Source of the DNA: Vicugna vicugna
Lineage: Eukaryota
DNA length: 64,000 bases
NCBI GenBank assembly: GCA_013265495.1
Contig: MU061578.1
Location: forward strand, 1,311,308-1,375,307
Direction: 5' to 3'
Below are positions 1 to 12,089 of this stretch, in pieces (the stretch's first letter is position 1; each line of letters starts with the position of its first letter). A program made the position numbers and the translations under genes. The notes beneath the pieces are model-generated. The model made no database searches. It was given only the letters and a program-made list of their open reading frames with translations, and was not told the origin of the DNA.

Positions 1-405
1 GATGAATGGATAAAGAAGAGGTGGTGTATATATACACAACGGAATATTATTTAGCCTTAAAAACGAAGGAAATCCTGCCACATGCTACAGCATGGATGAT
101 TCTTGAGGACATTATGCTGAGTGAAATAAATGAGACCACAAAAAGACGAATGATATGACTCCACTAATATGAGTGTCTAAAGTAGTCAAATCCATAGGAA
201 CAGAAGGTAGGCTGGCAGTTACCAGGGGCAGAGGGTAGGGAGAAATGGGGAGTTATTGTTTAACGGATACAGAGTTTCCAATTTAAAAAAATGAAAATGT
301 TCTGGACATTGTGAATGTATTCAACACATCTGAACCATAAACTTAACAATGGTTAAGATGGTAAATTTTATATTGTGTTTTTTTTTTCAACCATCATGAA
401 AAAAA
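1..405 (+). mobile_element. LINE-1 3' end (L1MB/L1MA-type), runs off window start
   Basis: ORF2 tail motif gatgaatggataaagaa...ggaatattatttagccttaaaaa, then a typical old L1 3' UTR ending aatggttaagatggtaaattttat and an A-rich tail. Confidence 0.9.
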
Positions 406-429
406 TGCTGTAATATTTCATTTCTTAAA

Positions 430-1305
430 AAAAAAAATCTGCTGCCCTCCTCTGCTCATCGCTTCACAGCAACACTCTTGTACAAGCATTGTCTACAATG
501 GGGACCTCACACTCCCTTCTCATCCCAAACCAGCCCAGTGACACCCTACTCCCCACTGAAGCTGCGTTTGTCAACGTGATGTGTGAATCACTGCAGGGGA
601 CTGGACATGTATGTTAGACACTTCTCTGCTCCCAGCACCCTATTCCAAACCACGTCACCTTTCTCCAAGAGCAGTGGCTCTCTAATCAGAATCTCTGTCT
701 TCATTCTCTACCCCATACCCTTCATCCCCACATTACAGCTGGTGATGCTTTAATAAGACAAGCTGGAAAGTCATTTCGTTTGTTCAAAACCCTCTAGTGG
801 TTCACACACACACACACAGACACACACAATCACACTACCTATCACAACCTGAAAGGTTCTGTGTAACCAACCTTGCCACCCACTCCAAGTCCATCTTGAA
901 CCCCCTTTACCTCCCAACAAGGAAACCCGCTCTCCACTCCAGGCCATGAACCCGTTCCTTCTACCTGGACCGTTCCTCTCCTGACCCTCCCGGCTGGCAC
1001 TTTCCTTTCATTTACATCTCACTTACATATCAATTTTCTAGGAAGGTCTTCTGGGAGAATCTGACCTGCAGGAACAGCTCAGCTGTCCTTAGCACACATC
1101 TCCCTAGTGTAAAAATCCCTGTGTAGCAAATACAGTTTTCTGATCATCTCCTTCCTATCAGTGGTCTTAGTCATGTACCGAACGTCTGTCTTCCCCCAGG
1201 ACACTAGAAGCCCCGTGACATCAAGAGATGCCTCTGCCCTGTTCATCACTACATATGGATTAGAGAGCTTGGCCCTCATACTTAACAAATATTTGTTGAA
1301 TGAAT
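430..1305 (+). mobile_element. Degenerate LINE-2 (L2) 3' portion
   Basis: Pyrimidine-rich L2-like body ending in the L2 terminus aaatatttgttgaatgaat (~1287-1305); 5' boundary uncertain. Confidence 0.65.
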
Positions 1306-1318
1306 TTGCTAAACATTC

Positions 1319-1809
1319 TGATAGGATTTGGGACATGCTACCCCGAAATATGGCACCTTGACATGTTGTATGTTTAAAGAAGGAATTTGAGAAAGGACTT
1401 TCTGACCCTCCCCTGAAGCAGGTCATAAAGCTCTCCTGTGAGAGGTGCCTTCCCTGTTCATGGAGGAAAGGAGCATCCTTATGTCCAAAGACAGAGGGAC
1501 ACAGAGGAGTCTGCACGAGCGGGCTAAGTTTCCCGCAGCTGATTACACTCAGCTCAAACCCCTTGTCCCACAGTATCTTTCCATAACTTTCCACTCTTCA
1601 GCAAACTTAGCAAAGAAACCTTCAGGTTAACCATGTCTTGAGGTCTCCATTTCCTTATGAAGATTCCAGTGTGTTGTAAAACTTATATTAAAAAAGTCTG
1701 TATGGTTTTTCTTTTTTTTTCTTGTTAACCTGCCCCTTGTTATAGGAGTCCCAGCTGGGGACTAAGAAGGGTAGGGGGAAAATTATTTTTTAATTTTTCC
1801 TTTTCTACA
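1319..1809 (+). mobile_element. ERV1-class solo LTR (MER34/MER39-like)
   Basis: TG...CA termini; 4-bp TSD ATTC at 1315-1318 and 1810-1813; 5' motif gctaccccgaaatatggcac and 3' motif actaagaagggtag...ttttctaca resemble the MER34 group. Confidence 0.8.
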
Positions 1810-2689
1810 ATTCTGCATGTCAAAAGCATGTCTGTATGTGTGTCTGCGTGCCTCCGTGTGTGTATTTCAGACAGAAGACAGAGCACAGCACAAAGTTCCT
1901 GTGGCCTCGATGTAATCGTCCAACTGGAAGATTCCAGGTCCCTCTAGGGAGGCTGGACGTTCCAGGGCGTCACGGTTCCCAGACCCCCTTGAAGCACTTA
2001 ACCCAATTCTGGCTAACAGGAGGGGCTTCAGGCGAAGTCTCAGGAGTGGGGGCAGCAGTTTATGGGGCCAATCTTGTCATCACTACATGTCATGATTGGA
2101 ACTGCAGTAACTATCTTGAAACTGAGAAGGAACAGGCCTAAGGGCCACACCGTTGTGCTCATAAAATGAAAGGAAATGAACACTTCTAGACAGAAATGGT
2201 CTAGGGAACTCTAATGACAGTGTGGAGTCTCTGAGCCTATTCTGTCTTATTCCAGAAGGACATCTTGTTACCTAAAGTAACACATGCCCTTACTGGGTTC
2301 CAGCCATGACTCAGGAAGTCTATTCCAGGCCACTCAAAGCACCTGGAGAGACACACCACTGTACATCCACCAGTTGTCCTAGAGCCTCCAACATGGCTGC
2401 TGCCCAAAATGAGGGCCAGGACCAGGGTGGTGCACCAAACTGCAGGGGCACCAGGGAACTCCGTAATCAAGATAAATTATTTTTAGCATATTTTACAAAG
2501 TCAAAACAAATGTAAAAACTGTGCAATGGGCAAAATGTCACAATTTTGAATAAAGGCAGGCTCTGACCCTGTACTTGCAGCGTCCAGGCTCATGCGCCTC
2601 TCTAAGCCCTGCTCTAAATAATATTTATTGGTTAACTGCCCAAGCATTTTTATCCGAGATCTCCAAGTTCTTCGCAAGAACTGTACCAT

Positions 2690-2800
2690 CACCCTCACTT
2701 GACAGGTGAGGGCTCTCGGGACTCAGAGAGGTTAAGTAACTTATTTGAGGTCACACAGCCAAGAGGGGTCTGAATGATTCTGAAATCAGTGCTCTTAACC
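2690..2800 (-). mobile_element. MIR SINE fragment
   Basis: ctcagagaggttaagtaacttatttgaggtcacacagc is the reverse-strand MIR core. Confidence 0.8.
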
Positions 2801-4479
2801 CACACATTAGAAGGTCTTTCGGATAAGTGTTCTTGGTGCTTCTCAGATGCGGACTATGTGAAGTGCGGGATGAGAGGGGCCAGAGATGCCAACATCCAGG
2901 TTTGTACAGTACACTTCACAAGCACCCACTAATCTGGCCATGGAGGGACTGGAGCCTTCTCTAATGAGTGTATTATGTGAATGCTTATGATGCGAATGGG
3001 GCCAAGAGTCATGTGCGGCCTCCAGCAGCCAGAAAACCTGCAGGTTTTGCTAAAAAGGCACCTGGATTAACTCATTTTGAGGTAATGAAGGTATCACCCA
3101 GTTTGCAAGGTAATAGGCAGTGAGGAGGGAGAGGATGCCAACAGGCCGTGAGAAAAGGAGCCAGGATGGGTATGAGATTGCAGGCAGGTTCCCGTGGGTG
3201 TCTCCTGAGTCCTCAGGGATGCGGCACATTATGTAAATGCAAACTGGTACTGACAGGATGGGAGGAATCCATCACTCACCCCCTCACATCCTTCTGAGAC
3301 TGCTCCTGCCAGACTTCCCCTTCTAGATGCCTGTGACTGCTCTAGGAAAATGCTACTGGAGGACTTTAGCCAGAAGCAGGGAGAAGTCTGAGTTCTCAGT
3401 TAGGACAGGAATGGTCAGATGTCCTCTTGGTTTCCAGCTGCATGAGCTGGGAGCATGAAAAAAAATGGTAAAATGCCTGATTAAGGAGGAACAAATAAAG
3501 AGGAAGGAAAGAAATGAAAGGTCTCATCGTTGGCATCACTGCTCACTTCCCCAGGCGGCTCTGCACAGATCCTCCCTCCTGGTGACAGCCTGCCTGGGGG
3601 GCTTTGCTGAGGTAAATGCAGGATGGAGAAGAGGCTGTCAGTCACTCTGCACTGAAAGGGAAGCCAAAGCAGACCTGGGAAGACGAGGTTCCAAGACCAC
3701 GGCCGAGTCGCACGGCCCCCTGTGCAGGTGCGTGAAGGCTGGCATGCATGGAGCAAGCGATCCGTCCCGGGGTCGCCCCCACGCCCCCAAGCCCTGGGAG
3801 CCCACACGCCTTCCCTACAAGGGCAGATGCCGCGCCTTCCTGCTGCCATCAGCAGAGCTGCCAGCCTCTCTCCCACAGCCTGTGCATCCTTCTGGCCCCC
3901 GGGGCAGGTGAACAGCTGGTGGGAGGAATCGGAGCAGTGGGGAGGGGTGCCTTCTTTCAGACTGACAGCCCAATTCCTCAGAAAGTGTGCCTACTTGTTT
4001 CTAATCCCTCTCTCCTTCGATTCTTAGTTTTCCTGTTTGGTCACCCGCTGCCGCCCGCACATCCCCCAGGACCTGCAGCTCCAGGGCAGATGGGCACAGA
4101 CTATTTCAGGAGACCCGTTTTGACCAAGGTCTACCACGTTCTCTGTCTTGGACCCAGCCCTTGAAAAGAGCAACAGGATTCTTGAGCAAATGCTTACTGC
4201 TCTTTAGCAATCTGTGCTCAGTGTGCAAAGGTGAGGGCAAACAGTGAAGGGGGTGAATTTTAAAGCCCTGTGGGGGACATCTGTGTGAGCCAGGTCTCTC
4301 AGCTGTGCAGTGTTTCCCCTTTCCTTCTTAAGAGCTCTCAAGTCTGTCCACTGCTACCATCTGGCTCAAACTTCATCCCTTCTTGATGTGACCGTGACCA
4401 TGACCTGGCCTTCCCATGGACTCATCACTCCCTCTGATCTGTCTCCCTGTTCATGGAAAGTGATACCCCACTCCACTGC

Positions 4480-4855
4480 TGATAGATGATGGACAGATAG
4501 ATAGACAGACAGACAGATGACGGGTGGACAGATTTATGATAGGGAAAGAGAGAGAGGATGGATGGATATACATAGGTAAATATATATTTATATAGAAATA
4601 AATATGATAGACATAGGTAGATACGTAGATAATGGGTAGATACACAGATAGATGACAGAATTGATGGGTGAATGGATGGATGGATAGATGATGGATGGAT
4701 AGACAGACATATGGCAGAGATAGGCACGCAGGTAGGTAGGTAGGTGAATGGATAGATAGATAAGGGATAAATGGATGGGTGGATGGATGTAGAAATAGAC
4801 AAATAGATGATAAATTTGATAGATAAATAGATGGACAGACAGCTAGCTAGGCAGG
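4480..4855. repeat. Degenerate (GATA/GGAT/GACA/GGTA)n tetranucleotide repeat
   Basis: Directly visible; produces the spurious S/I/H/P-rich ORFs at 4425-4802. Confidence 0.95.
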
Positions 4856-5764
4856 TACAGAGGCTAACTTACAGCAACTTCTCAACGCACTTGGGATTTA
4901 GGTCAGAACGTTTTGCTTTGGTCCAACCTGTACGGTCTGTTCCCTAACACCATCGGTGTCATCCCCACCTCACCTCTTGCCCCAGGACCCCATGTTTTCC
5001 ATTCCACTGGCCTCATTTTTAACTAGCTTTTATCTTTCATTCTTTATAAAACAAAGCCATGCCACAGTCTGATCCATCTCTCTGAATCTCCCCCTCCCTC
5101 GACCTCTCACCAGCCGAATGAGCCACTTTGGGTCCCGCTCCTCTGACGGCCCGGCTCCTCCGAATCCCTTGCTCACAGGGCCATCGCCTCTCCTCCCAGT
5201 GCTGCTGGGATGACCTGTCTAGCTCTTGTCTTTCCGACTAGGCCCTGTGATCTCTGAGAGCCAGAAGTGGCTCTGACAGGGCTCAGCATCGGATCCTCAG
5301 AGCCCAGAGCAGCGCCTGGCGATTTGTGATGCTCCTTGAATGCATGTCGGCCCTCGGCTTCGCACCGTGCATGGGGCTAGGGAGCAAGGAGGAGGAGACT
5401 GGCCCCGGAGTCAGGGTTTTCTCTGATAGCGGTGTAAATGTGTGCTTTGAGCTGAGGCACGCCTTCCTTGCATAAGCCCCTAGTCTGTTGCCGAGACTTG
5501 TGTGACAGAGTAAAAGTCGCCCACGGTCCTTAGAGGAAACATACATCTCAGATTTTCTGTGACACTCCCTATTTGGAGCATTTATTCCCCATTTGGAGGC
5601 CCTGTGCACACCAGTGAAGAACCTGGCCCTGGAGCCCCTCCGCCTGGTGCTAATCTCTCTTCTGCTGCCATCTCCCTTCATTTCCTTGGGCAAACAATCT
5701 CCCTGCACCTCAGTTTCCTCATCTAAACGGTGGGGTCAGCATTCACACCTATTTCAGTGCAGAC

Positions 5765-5870
5765 TGTATGTACATTCATGTATAACTGGAAAATTGTGCT
5801 CTACACTGGAATTTGACACAACTTTGTAAACTGACTATAACGCAATAAAAAATGTGAAAAAAGAAAAAAG
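5765..5870 (+). mobile_element. Very short, 5'-truncated young L1 3' end inserted in a MIR
   Basis: aaaattgtgctctacactggaatttgacacaac...aataaaaaatgtgaaaaaa matches the 3' ends at ~34050-34130 and ~60830-60910; a MIR core cctcagtttcctcatct lies just upstream (~5708). Confidence 0.85.
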
Positions 5871-5984
5871 AGAGAGAGAGGGCTTGCTATGCTGGAAGCC
5901 CTACAGGAGACCGATATTGTTATTATCATCCACATCTGGTGCCAGTCACATCTGCCTTTTTAATGCAGGGTGATATGGTCACTC

Positions 5985-6419
5985 CATAAAAAAAGAATAA
6001 AATAATGCCATCTGCAGTCACCAGGATGAACCTCGATATGATCATCCTAAGTGAAGTTAGTCCAAGACAAATATGATATCACTGACACATGGGATCTGAA
6101 AAATAATTCAAACTTATTTACAAAACAGAAACAGACCCACAGACATAGGAAACAAGCTGATGGTCACCAAAGGGGAAAAGGAGGGGAAGGACAAATTGGG
6201 AGCGTGAGATTTGCAGATACGAACCACTATCTATAAAATAGATCACCAACAAGGTCCTACTGTATAGCATAGGGAACTGTGTTCAATATCTTGTAATAAC
6301 CTATAATGGAAAAGAATCAGAAAAATATATATATACATGTATAAATGAATCACTTTGTTGTATACTTGAAACTAACACAATACTGTAAATCAACTACACT
6401 TCAGTTAAAAAAGAGAGAA
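5985..6419 (+). mobile_element. 5'-truncated cetartiodactyl L1 3' end with 14-bp TSD
   Basis: TGATATGGTCACTC at 5971-5984 and 6420-6433; 3' UTR motif gtaataacctataatggaaaagaatc...actaacacaatactgtaaatcaacta and an A tail. Confidence 0.92.
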
Positions 6420-6699
6420 TGATATGGTCACTCTATTCATATTTCTGAAAGTCACAATGAAAACTGAATTCATGTGTGATTGATCGTTCTAGTCCCAGAT
6501 TCTCCATTTCTTTATACCTCCATAAGTGAAAAGCAGTGATTCCTTTAAATTAGAAATTTATCCTCCTGTCTAAAGTCCCCATGGGGGCAACTGTTTAGTA
6601 CAAATGTCCTTGGCCAAGCCCTATGGGTCCAGAACCTAGATAAACCCACCTCCCTTGTACCCTCCATTCCAGGGAAGGAGGGAGGTCTAGAGATAATAG

Positions 6700-6930
6700 T
6701 GACAGTCAATCATGCCAGCTCTCATTTATTAAGCACCTAATGTATGCCACCCTGGGCTAAGTGCTTTGCATTTGTTATGTTCTGTAATCCCAGGAAGTCG
6801 GTATTAGCCTGGCTTCTCTTTTCAGAGGAGAAAATCAGCTTAGAGGTTAAGTAGTGAGCTGCCCAGCCTCACACAGCAAGCGCTGGTGGGCAGGGATCTC
6901 AACCAGGCTCTTTCAAAGGCTCTCTTAGCT
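6700..6930 (-). mobile_element. MIR SINE
   Basis: atttattaagcacctaatgtatgcc...agaggttaagtagtgag...ctcacacagc. Confidence 0.75.
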
Positions 6931-7774
6931 TTAAGCTTTCCAAACAGCCCTGCTGAGAGGTTCTTAAGTTCTGCTCAACAGGAATTTTGTCAACTGAAAT
7001 GCAAGTTTTAAGTTTCCATTGAGTCATTTGCTCCTTTGCCAGCGGATCGCCTAAGAGGTAGCCAACTATGGACCAGTGGTTCAGACGAACACGAGGAAAC
7101 TTATGTTAACCGCCACCTGCTTGGTAGAAGTCCAGCTGAAACAAAGCATTGTGTGTGATTTCTTGTGAAGTTTTTTTAAATCCTGAAAATGGTGCTGGGA
7201 TCTCGTTCCCCGCAAAGTAGAGAACCTTGGTCATAAAAAATTAACAGTCATTGCGGAAAAATGCTGAGATGCGCGCGCTTTATGGCCACACAATGGCTGC
7301 TTTTGATGCTACCTCTTGACACAGAACTATCCAGTAAATGACTTTAAAAAAGAAAAGGGCTAGGCTGGGGACCAGTCCCAGGGAAGAGCATAAATGTGTC
7401 CTGCAGCCAGGGGTGGGTGTCAACTTCCTCGATGAAGGAGGGGAGAGAATGGTCCGGATCAGTTGCTCAGGGCAACTGCCCCCAGTGATTGTGTTTTAAG
7501 TCCAAGTTTGATAGAGCTGAAGTCCAGCCTAAGAGTCAGTATTCCTCTCTTCCCTACATATGCACACTGTTGATGGATCTGGGCAAGATCTTCCCCAGCA
7601 CCCCAAGTTTAATTTGAGGTGTTGCCTGAATCGCCTTCATCATGCTTTTGAGCTCTGTCTTTCTGGAATCGGGAGACCAAGACCACAGACACAGGGGAAA
7701 CATTGAACCAGGGCTCTTTGAGGAGGGGACATGAATTAATATTTAAGTCACATAACAGGAAAACTCACACAGGC

Positions 7775-7962
7775 TGTAGTGAGCTGAAGTGTGCCTCCCA
7801 CCCACTAAACGCACGTCCAAGTCCTACCTCCCAGTGTCGTGAATGTGAACGTGGCTCTTTTAGAAACAGAGTCCTTGCAGTTGTAATTAAGAGATCACCT
7901 TGTCGTTAGGGTAAGCCTTAAACCCAATGAGAGTGTCACTTTAAGAAAAAGGAGGAGGTTAC

Positions 7963-8007
<45 letters not shown>

Positions 8008-8844
8008 ACACGAAGACATTAAGAAACGGAAGCGGAGATTAGAGTTATTCTGTCACAAGTGTGAATTTTAAGAAAAAGGAGGAGGTTACTTCACACACAC
8101 ACACACACATACACACACGAAGGCATTAAGAAACGGAAGCGGAGATTAGAGTTATTCTGTCACAAGTGTGAACACGAAAAGTACTGCAAAGCATGTCAGT
8201 AAACAAAGAATGCTGGAGCCATCAAGTCATCTGTGGCTGCTGCCACCCCCCAGTGAGGACAGGCCTGCAGCCAGGCCTCTGCAGCCACTCACAGTGGTGC
8301 ACCCTGAGGGGACTCAGAATAAGAAAGGACAGGATACTGGCCCTAGATAGCTAGGTGCTTGTCAAAGGAATGAATTCAGTGAGCCCAAATGCTTGCTTCC
8401 TCCCATACATAGAAAAGCACTAAATTATTTAACTTGAGACGCCTGGTTTTCTTTAGTTAACAAGCAATGTTTTAATATTCCAACCACCTGGTCTTTGTTG
8501 TAAAGCTCCTACATATCCCAGCTCCTCCCCTACCTCTCTGGAGCAGCCCCTCAGAGTGATCTGAGAGGCTGTCATCCTGGCTCAAATCCTCCCGCCAAAT
8601 AAAACAACTTTCAACTTTTAGGCCGCGCATTTATTTCGGTGGACACAAGTCAAGGGATATTTGGAGCCTCCAGAAGCCGGAAGAGACAAGCAAGGCTCCT
8701 CCCCCAGAGCCCTCAGAGGGAGCAAGTCCCTGCAGAGAGCTTGATTTCAGATTCCTGGCCTTTAAACGTGAAATAGGCATTGGTGTTGTTTTAAGTGACC
8801 AAGTTTGAGGGAATTTGCCACAGCAGCCCTAGGAAGCTGCTAGA
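7775..8844 (+). mobile_element. MaLR LTR (MLT1B/C-like), interrupted by a younger LTR and an internal tandem duplication
   Basis: MLT1 motifs tttagaaacagagtccttgcagttgtaattaag, ccagaagccggaagagacaag and gcagccctaggaa; the halves rejoin as ctgtcacaag|tcaaggga across the insertion. Confidence 0.85.
8167..8645 (+). mobile_element. Young ERV solo LTR (probably lineage-specific), copy 1
   Basis: TGTGAAC...GGACA termini; exact 4-bp TSD CAAG at 8163-8166 and 8646-8649; AATAAA near the 3' end; highly similar inverted copy at 35060-35557. Confidence 0.9.
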
Positions 8845-9162
8845 GGGTTTACAGATGGCCTGGAGTGGGCGGGGGCTCCACTTCGGCGGTTGGTGGGCGT
8901 CGTCTGCGTGACTCAGCTCTCCTGGACCCTTGGTGCCTGGCAGGGTCTCCCCAGGTGGTGAGAAGACAGCCAGCAGCAGCGGCCGGAGGGTCCACTTCCC
9001 GCCAGCTTAGAGCCGGGCACCCAGTCTTCCCTGCTCGGCTGGGGCCCCGCCTCCAGGCCTGGACCAATCCTTGTAGCCAGTGGGGTGGGCAGGGTGTGCT
9101 GAGTGAGAGGGCAAGTGTGTGCTGATTGACAGCTCAAGTTCCGCACCCTCAAGGAAGGGGGC

Positions 9163-9910
9163 TGTGCTACTGTGATTTATAACAACAGATATCTATTTGG
9201 TCTTTGTCCCTGGCTCCTAAAACCAGTGGAATTCCCTAAGTGAAGAGAGTGATCAAGGTGTATCTTGTTATGTTAACAAGTCAGTTTTGGACCTCGATTA
9301 GAGTTTAAGGGCAGGGGAAGGGGGGCTGGTTGCCAGGACAACCAACAACCTGTGTGGTTAGAGGGTTGGAACTTTCAGTCCCACATCCCTGACCTCCTGG
9401 GAGGGAGGAGGAGCTGGAGATTGAGTTCAATCGCTGGTGGCCAAGGATTGAATCAGTCACGCCTCTGTGATGAGGTCTCCACAAAACCCCAAAGGGACAG
9501 GGTTCGAAGAGCTTTCTAGGTTGGTGAGCACATGGAGATTTGGGGAGAGTGGCGCCCCTGGAGAGGGTGTGGAGGCTCCTCACCCTTGCCCCACACCTCG
9601 TCCTGTGCACCTCTTCCATCTGGCTGTTCCTGAATTCTACCCATTTATAATAAACCAGTGATCTAGTAAGGAAGTGAAGTGCTTCCCTGAGTTCTGTGAG
9701 CTGCTCTAGCAAATTAATCGATCCCCTGTAGGAGGTCATTGGAACCTCCTGGCTGCAGTCAGTGGGTCAGATGCACAGGTGACAACTGGACTTGTGATTG
9801 GCATCTGAGGTTGGGGAGGCGGGTCTTGTGGGACTGAGCCCTTCACCTGTGGAATCCGATGCTATCTCTGGGTCAGAACCGAATTGTGGGACACCCAGGG
9901 GTGTCGGACT
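9163..9910 (+). mobile_element. MER21-family LTR, copy 1
   Basis: tgtgatttataa...atttggtctttgtccc start; ttccctgagttctgtgagctgctctagcaaatta and gtcttgtgggactgagccctt motifs; homologous to 43526-44240. Confidence 0.85.
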
Positions 9911-11524
9911 AGATACTGGAATCATTTTAGGGAGGAAGGAGGGAGGAGGAAGGAAGGCAGGAAGGGAAAAAGGAGGGGGTCTCTCTGGCAGACAAGAGTC
10001 GTAAGTCTGGATGGAACTGAGAAAGGCCCAGAAGAAGGAGGTGGCACCTGAGCTGTCAGGAAGCCCTGAGTCCAGTGCTCACGAAATTAGTCAGAGAGAA
10101 AGCAGTCACTCCCTGGAGATCAGCCTAGAAATGGGATTTTATTCTGACTTCTGCATTCAGCCCGACTGTGATAAATTTTAGATCTAATTCTTAGAAACTC
10201 AAAATGTGCCTTTCTGAAAATCCATTCAAATTTGACAGTTATCAGATGCATTGAAAACAATTGTTTCCGAGAGATTAAAAACAGAGGAAGTTTAATATGT
10301 CCACGTTCTTTCCCCTCCTTATAAACATGGCTTCACACAATGTGCCCGTTCCCCTGAGCTTAGCAAGCAGAGGCACCTTACAGGCACAATGTGAAAGCAA
10401 GTGAATATTTCACAGATGAAAAGGCATGGGCTTCCCCATCCACGTTTTGCTGAAGAGGTGGATTTTAATTTCCGAAAAGACAAAGCCGAGAGAAAAAGAA
10501 AACGCATATCTTCATGCACTTAAGAACTATAATATTACTTAGATAGTGAAGTTTTGGTCTGAAAAATGACTGTCAATTATGATTAATATTCTCCTCATAA
10601 TTAATTCAAAATCTTATTAAAATCAAACTTTTATAACGTTACATATAACCATGCTGCCTATGTCAGGATGGAGGAGAAGCCTTGCCATCAATTTTACCTG
10701 TATCATTTCTCTAGTTCTCCAAAAAGGCAATAAAAGATACCTCCTTGAAAGTCAGTAATGCCGGGGCCACCCTCATCTCCATAATGACACAATTTCCAAT
10801 TCACGCCTCATTTTCATTAATGTTTCTGGCCATAAATTTTTAAGCATATGATAAAAAATTTCTGAAGCGGCATAAAACTAACATGAAGAGGGAGTTCATT
10901 AGCATGTGACCCTAATTAGAAATTCCATATTAACTTCCCATTCCTACTTGTGCATATCCAATAACACCACATCTCTATCCCAGACGCGCTTTCCCAGCGT
11001 TGGGAGCGAATATTCCTTTCGGTTGTTTCATTCCTTGGTGTTATTTTGAAAACGAGCCATGTGTTTTCCTCTGTTATTGAATAAGCCAGCAGACAATTGT
11101 ATCACAGGACGCCGTTCGTGTCGCAAATTATCCAGAAGAATTGTGAGGAGGTCCTTACCCGATGCTTTATTAATGACACCAGAGCATAAAAGGGGGAGGG
11201 GGGAATATGCTGACTCTGTCTCTTCTCTAATGTTGGGTGATAAAAATGCTACTTCAGGATTCAGAAGGTTAAGTTCTAATGTGTATTTTGAATAGAGTGT
11301 GTTGGAATAATTGCCTCATAAAGCAGAGCACTGCCCGCCTGCTAACGGCTGCAGAGTGTGCAGGGCTCAGCAAAGGCGGCCAAGCTTACTGGAAAAAATG
11401 CTGCGCCTCGACTTTCGTAGCGCTCCCATATCAAGTTAACTTTCCCCTCCCCTTGCTTTTCAAGAAAGGTGTCAAATCCCAGCACCCACTTCTGCAGCTC
11501 AGATGAGCTGCTGCCTTTAACGTG

Positions 11525-12089
11525 GCCGTGGTGGTGAGCTGGTCTCCAAAGACGCCCCCGCCCCCCTGAACTGCCTCCAGCTACCTTCACTCCTGCTTCG
11601 TCCCCTCCCCCACTGTGCCTGGGTGGGTCCTGTGTAACTAACCAGTGGAATGTGCTGGAAGGGATGCTATGTGGCTCCTGAGGCTAGGTCGTAAGGAAGA
11701 TGTCTTGCAGCTTCCCCTCGAGTCCCTTGGAATAGGCGCTCCGGAGAAAGCCAGGGACCGTGTAAGGGACCCAGCTAATTTGAGACAGCCATGCTATGAG
11801 GAAGCCCAAGCCATCCACATGGAGAGGCTATAAGAAAAGAGAGATCCGTGACTTGTTCAAGCTAACCCAGCCCAGACACCAGCCACGTGAGCAAAGAAGC
11901 CACCTTGGAGGTCCAGCCCATTCAAACCCTCGATGACTCAGCCTGAGCTGCTCTCTGATTGCAGACCCCAAGCGGGAACTGCCCCGCTGAGCCCAGTCAG
12001 AAAGCAGTACCATGACAGATTCACAGAACTGGTTTTCAAAGCCTTTAGGTTTGACAATATCTTGATCGGATGAGATAGGTAACTGGAAC
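11525..12089 (+). mobile_element. MaLR LTR (MLT1F/G/H-like)
   Basis: ccatgctatgaggaagcccaagccatccacatggagagg and aactgccccgctgagcccagtc motifs; ends gataggtaactggaaca. Confidence 0.8.

Noticed and set aside
3465..4164. Overlapping 100-150 aa ORFs in a GC-rich patch
   Set aside because: No recognisable domain; open frames on both strands are expected in stop-poor GC-rich DNA.
4425..4802. S/I/H/P-rich ORFs
   Set aside because: Artefact of the GATA/GGAT simple repeat.
8168..8350. Apparent duplicated small gene (same peptide at 35377-35595)
   Set aside because: Both lie within copies of the same solo LTR, so the similarity reflects nucleotide repeat homology.
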